The notes beneath the pieces were generated by a model. That model had not been told where the DNA came from and searched no databases. It worked only from the letters and a program-made list of their open reading frames with translations. This document shows, one piece after another, positions 60,178 to 64,000 of a DNA stretch of 64,000 bases. Position numbers and translations under genes: made by a program. The stretch comes from Ignavibacteriota bacterium. Lineage in GTDB: Bacteria; Bacteroidota; Ignavibacteria; Palsa-1295. The number at the start of each line of letters is the position of its first letter. Within the stretch, counting starts at the first letter, position 1. The stretch covers positions 160,001 to 224,000 of the forward strand of contig CAWBEI010000005.1 of assembly GCA_963787835.1 (NCBI GenBank), in the 5' to 3' direction.

Positions 60178-61028
60178 TTCTGAAGCGGCTTGGTTCTCGG
60201 GGTGTGACGAAGGCGCCGAATTGCCTTTTCCTTTATCTGACGAACCCTCTCACGCGTAAGGGCAAATTTATCGCCGATCTCTTCAAGCGTAAGGGCGTGG
60301 GTGCCGTTAAGGCCATAATACAGTTCAATGACTTCACGTTCGCGTGAGGTCAGGGCGGTCAGTGCGCGGGAGACCTCAAGCTTGAGGGAATCCGTCATCA
60401 GCAGGGAGTCAGGTGGGGATTGCTGCAGATCCTGGAGGATGTCGAGAAGTCTGTTATCCTCACCAACGGAGAATGGCTGATCGACCGAGAGGTGACGACC
60501 GGAAATCCGCATGGTTTCTGCGATCTCTGTTGCGGACATATCGAGCTTTTCGGCAAGCTCGTTCGCAGTGGGCTCGCGTTCGAACTCTTGTTCGAGCTGG
60601 GAAAACTTCCTGGAAATCTTATTGAGTGCGCCAACGCGATTCAGAGGCAATCTCACGATACGTGATTGTTCTGCGAGAGCCTGAAGAATAGATTGACGGA
60701 TCCACCACACGGCGTACGAGATGAATTTAAATCCGCGCGTTTCATCGAAACGGCGAGCGGCCTTGATAAGGCCGAGATTCCCCTCGTTGATGAGATCGCC
60801 CAGGGAGAGCCCTTGATTCTGATACTGCTTTGCGACCGAGACGACAAAACGCAAATTTGCCTTGACGAGGATCTCAAGGGCACGCTGGGAATCATGGGCT
60901 TCTTCCTTGATCTTCTTCGCCAGTGCGATCTCCATCTCGGAATTCAAAAGATCGACACGGCCGATCTCCTGAAGGTACATGTCCAGCGATTGACTTTCGC
61001 GGTTCGTATATTGCTTTGAAATACGCAT
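60165..61028 (-). CDS. rpoD: RNA polymerase sigma-70 factor, RpoD/SigA family lacking region 1.1
   Basis: [47 protein letters not shown]; 287 aa. Confidence 0.92.
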   Translation of the reverse strand: MRISKQYTNRESQSLDMYLQEIGRVDLLNSEMEIALAKKIKEEAHDSQRALEILVKANLRFVVSVAKQYQNQGLSLGDLINEGNLGLIKAARRFDETRGFKFISYAVWWIRQSILQALAEQSRIVRLPLNRVGALNKISRKFSQLEQEFEREPTANELAEKLDMSATEIAETMRISGRHLSVDQPFSVGEDNRLLDILQDLQQSPPDSLLMTDSLKLEVSRALTALTSREREVIELYYGLNGTHALTLEEIGDKFALTRERVRQIKEKAIRRLRHTPRTKPLQNYLG

Positions 61029-61443
61029 GAGAATCGGGTTTCGGAAAGATTACTAATTATTAGAGGGGGATGGTCGGTAGCACGCCACGAATGCGGGCCT
61101 GAAGCGAACCTTCGCATAAGGCGATCGAAGTTCGCAAAACAGAAGCCATCCTGCGCCACAAGTGGTCAGCTTTGACGGGGATTGAGGAATGATAACGTTC
61201 GGAGGTATCAATTCAAAAATCTGAGTTTTTCCTCTTCTGATACTTCTATAACGTTCACCGAATACCTTTATGCACTGATTTGGAGGCGTCATTCGGGTGT
61301 TCGGTGAACGAACATGGGGCGAGGTTCTCGAAGACCCTCATCCGCAGTGCATTCGTGAACGAGCTGTAATTTTCGTTCGTTCCGAGCCAAATTTGGAATT
61401 TTCAAAAAAATGTTGTATATTCACGAACTAATTATAAGGTCTT

Positions 61444-63768
61444 CTAATACACAATAACATTATTGCCGCCTAATTCGCGGGCGCGTTCCAGCGCCATTTC
61501 GGCTCCTTCGATGAGCTCCTCGACCGAGCCATCCCTGCGTGCGCCTGAGACCCCAATGGAAACCGTCACCGAGTAGCTTCGCTTGCCGATCGCGATCACT
61601 TCGCTCACGATCATTTTGCGCATTTTCTCGCTCCAGAGATAACCCTCTTCGTCCGTACGCTTCATCAGCAGGACTGCGAAGGTATGCTCGTCCGTTCTGG
61701 CCACCACATCGAACGGCCGCACGCCAAAGCGGAGCAAGCGTGTAATGGCAAGGACGATCGTGTCGGAATCTTCCTGAGAGAACCGGGAGCGAAACTCCGA
61801 GGCTCCATCGATCTCGAACATCACAAAGGTCAGCGGCTCATCGAACTGCATGGCGCGCGCGAGTTCCTGTCCCGTGCGGTCGAGCAAACCGCGCTTATTG
61901 AGCACGCCTGTTAGAAGATCTGTCAGAGCGCGTTCACCGACCATATCGCCTAGCACGATGATCTCGAGAGCGGCTGCAGCACTTCGTGCAAGGTGCTCGA
62001 GGGTTTCCACATCGGCATCGGTGAAACGAGCTCGTTCCGAGTGTTCGATCGCCAGTGCGCCATAATTTTTCGTTGTCGTTCGGATGGGGATGACTAGGAA
62101 CGAATGCCCCGTTGCTGTATGGGAATCCTCCTCCACATTAAAGCGAACATTTTGCGGACTGAGTGCATCGATGCGAATGCTCCGGCCAGAGGAAAGACAT
62201 TTGCCCACCAAACTTTCTTCCATCGAGACAGGAGTCATGGGTGGAACGTAGGATCCCGCCCGCTTGGATTGAAGGCTGGAAATATTCCATAGCCTCCGGG
62301 CGTCATCGAAGGAGGCAGCAGCGAGCCAGTCCCAATCGATGATCTCACCGGCGGCTTCGGTGAGCGCGCGAAGAACATATTCGGGGTTCCTGCGCTGATC
62401 GCGAAGGGCGCGTAGCGAGCCATCCGGACTTACCATTTCGTGAAGTTTTCGCGCGGCATCCAGGGTGCGCGCTGCTGCAAGCAGGTCGTACTTTTCAATA
62501 TACGAACGGATCAAACCCGAGATCAACTTTGAATGATTTGTCAGAATGCGGAGGGTCTCTGCGTTGAAATGATCCGGCGTAGTAGAATCGACCGTGAGCA
62601 CCGCAACGAGACTTTCCCCAAACAAGACGGGCATCCCCGCGAAGGATGCCGTCCCAATGGCATCGCGATAATAGGGGATCAGATCGAGCTCGGCTTGCGG
62701 GGAGATCGTGGAATGAAGTTCCGGGCGGCGTTTCGTTACGATGCGGCTGACGGCATCGAGTTCGATAGGGAACCGCTTGCTGGTGGCAAGGAACTGGAAC
62801 GCCCGGTCGTCGAGCGCAGCGCTTTCCAGCACCAACTGTTGTTTTTTGGAATTGATCCAAAAGAACATGGCGCTCGATGCGTTCAGCTCGTCACGAAGAA
62901 TGTCGAGCAATTCGCCAAGCAGGGTAACGAAATCTGCCCGTGGGTCTCGAAGCTCGTAGGATCTTCTTGGGTGAGAATCGAAGGCTCGCAGTGCATCGAG
63001 GAATGATTGCAGGGATGGTTCTAAATTCGGTTCGAGAGAAATTTCTTCTTCAAACCCGATCGATGGGGTCCGAACAGGCTCCATTATATCAGGCATTGGA
63101 GCGGATATGGCATCAGAGGCATCTTCCTCCTGTACTAATTCCATCTCGGTTTCGTCGATCTCCGAATCCTCGACACCAACTTCTGAAAAGTCTTCTTCGA
63201 TCGGCTCAGGTTCTGCTGGTAATGGGCTAAGGCTTGCATTTGATGTGGCCTCCATAGGCGTCTCAACTTTTGCTTCGTTCGATAACCAATCCTCTTCATG
63301 ATGGACTCGGGTTACGCGAACGACTGCCCGTTCGTGCTCGGCAAAATAAGCTCCGTTTATTTCTGGCTGTTCGACTGGAGAGTCAGGCGGATACATCGCT
63401 GAGTCACTACTACCCATGGAACCTCGTTCTTCCTCCTCGCGCGGATGTTTTCGGAAGAAGGGAAGTTTGTTTTGCACCCCGATCATTTCATCCCGCAGTG
63501 ACTTAAATCTGGGGACAGCGAAACGGATCAGGGCGGGCTTTTCTTTTTCTAATCGCTCCTGGCGATCTTGCCAGGCTTTCCGCTCTTCATCTACCTGGGC
63601 CTGTTGCTCCGAGCGTGTGATCTGAAAATCGTCAAAGACGATTTTTTTCAGCCGCTGTTGCCCCGGCGCTTGGTTTGCTGGGTCTGTTCTCGCGGCTTCG
63701 TTCTTCGGAGCTGTTGGCTCCGAAGTCAGGTTCCTATGTTCGAGATCGTCACGTTCCTTGTTACTCAT
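61444..63768 (-). CDS. GAF-GAF-GGDEF protein with a degenerate active site
   Basis: Acidic disordered N-terminus, two GAF domains, TDLLTGVLN...RPFDVVARTDEHTF...VTVSIGVS. Confidence 0.88.
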   Translation of the reverse strand: MSNKERDDLEHRNLTSEPTAPKNEAARTDPANQAPGQQRLKKIVFDDFQITRSEQQAQVDEERKAWQDRQERLEKEKPALIRFAVPRFKSLRDEMIGVQNKLPFFRKHPREEEERGSMGSSDSAMYPPDSPVEQPEINGAYFAEHERAVVRVTRVHHEEDWLSNEAKVETPMEATSNASLSPLPAEPEPIEEDFSEVGVEDSEIDETEMELVQEEDASDAISAPMPDIMEPVRTPSIGFEEEISLEPNLEPSLQSFLDALRAFDSHPRRSYELRDPRADFVTLLGELLDILRDELNASSAMFFWINSKKQQLVLESAALDDRAFQFLATSKRFPIELDAVSRIVTKRRPELHSTISPQAELDLIPYYRDAIGTASFAGMPVLFGESLVAVLTVDSTTPDHFNAETLRILTNHSKLISGLIRSYIEKYDLLAAARTLDAARKLHEMVSPDGSLRALRDQRRNPEYVLRALTEAAGEIIDWDWLAAASFDDARRLWNISSLQSKRAGSYVPPMTPVSMEESLVGKCLSSGRSIRIDALSPQNVRFNVEEDSHTATGHSFLVIPIRTTTKNYGALAIEHSERARFTDADVETLEHLARSAAAALEIIVLGDMVGERALTDLLTGVLNKRGLLDRTGQELARAMQFDEPLTFVMFEIDGASEFRSRFSQEDSDTIVLAITRLLRFGVRPFDVVARTDEHTFAVLLMKRTDEEGYLWSEKMRKMIVSEVIAIGKRSYSVTVSIGVSGARRDGSVEELIEGAEMALERARELGGNNVIVY

Positions 63769-64000
63769 GCTTTAGCAAGACGAACATTAAACATGCTTCT
63801 GCGCAGTGGTGTTCGTGCAAACTTGCACGTTGCTGCCAACCGCGTCGGTATAGGAACCTCTGCTTCCCGCAAGGAATTCCAAATCCATGAGGTCAGATCG
63901 ATAATTGCATTATTCGATGCGCTCGGTCAACTGCTCTTCGGAGCCGTTTTGTGTGACCGTCCTCTTCTCGCCGGCATGTTCCTTGCTCTCGATGTCCAAC

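Noticed and set aside
63772-64000. Gene at the window end
   Set aside because: Only a short open - strand frame ending at 63910 (…EEQLTERIE*); too little sequence to call.

Overview
64-kb chromosomal segment, mostly housekeeping genes, from a Bacteroidota/Chlorobiota-superphylum bacterium (Kapabacteria/Ignavibacteria-like; inferred from T9SS C-terminal sorting-domain proteins, a short primary sigma factor lacking region 1.1, a bS22-type ribosomal peptide and TAnnTTTG '-7' promoters). Core genes: yajQ, HU, asnB/GT cluster, hsp20, hemA-ccsA, aquaporin, acs, ABC exporter, VapBC-like TA, rpsO-pnp, trmH, rho, folC-recN-rplS, recQ, ruvA, ispH, tRNA-Lys, asnS, nuoJKLMN-nnr-ccmB-ccmC-ccmD, sigma-70, degenerate GAF-GGDEF. 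No integrase, transposase, CRISPR array or rRNA was found. The most interesting signals are non-coding. (1) An exactly spaced bipartite motif, GTATATTAG-N10-RATRGGCACC, built on the palindrome AATAGGCACCTATT, lies upstream of recQ, rplS-recN, a SIR2 gene and rpsO-pnp; a perfect palindrome lies upstream of an ORF6N gene. It is a candidate undescribed operator/regulon. (2) A ~210-nt element (boxA-like plus DnaA-box) is duplicated in sense orientation upstream of two ribosomal-protein genes. (3) A SIR2 gene is carried between inverted REP-like arms. (4) A palindromic repeat is translated in frame in the NuoM tail. Five single-base frame disruptions (including one in asnS) suggest consensus-sequence errors.
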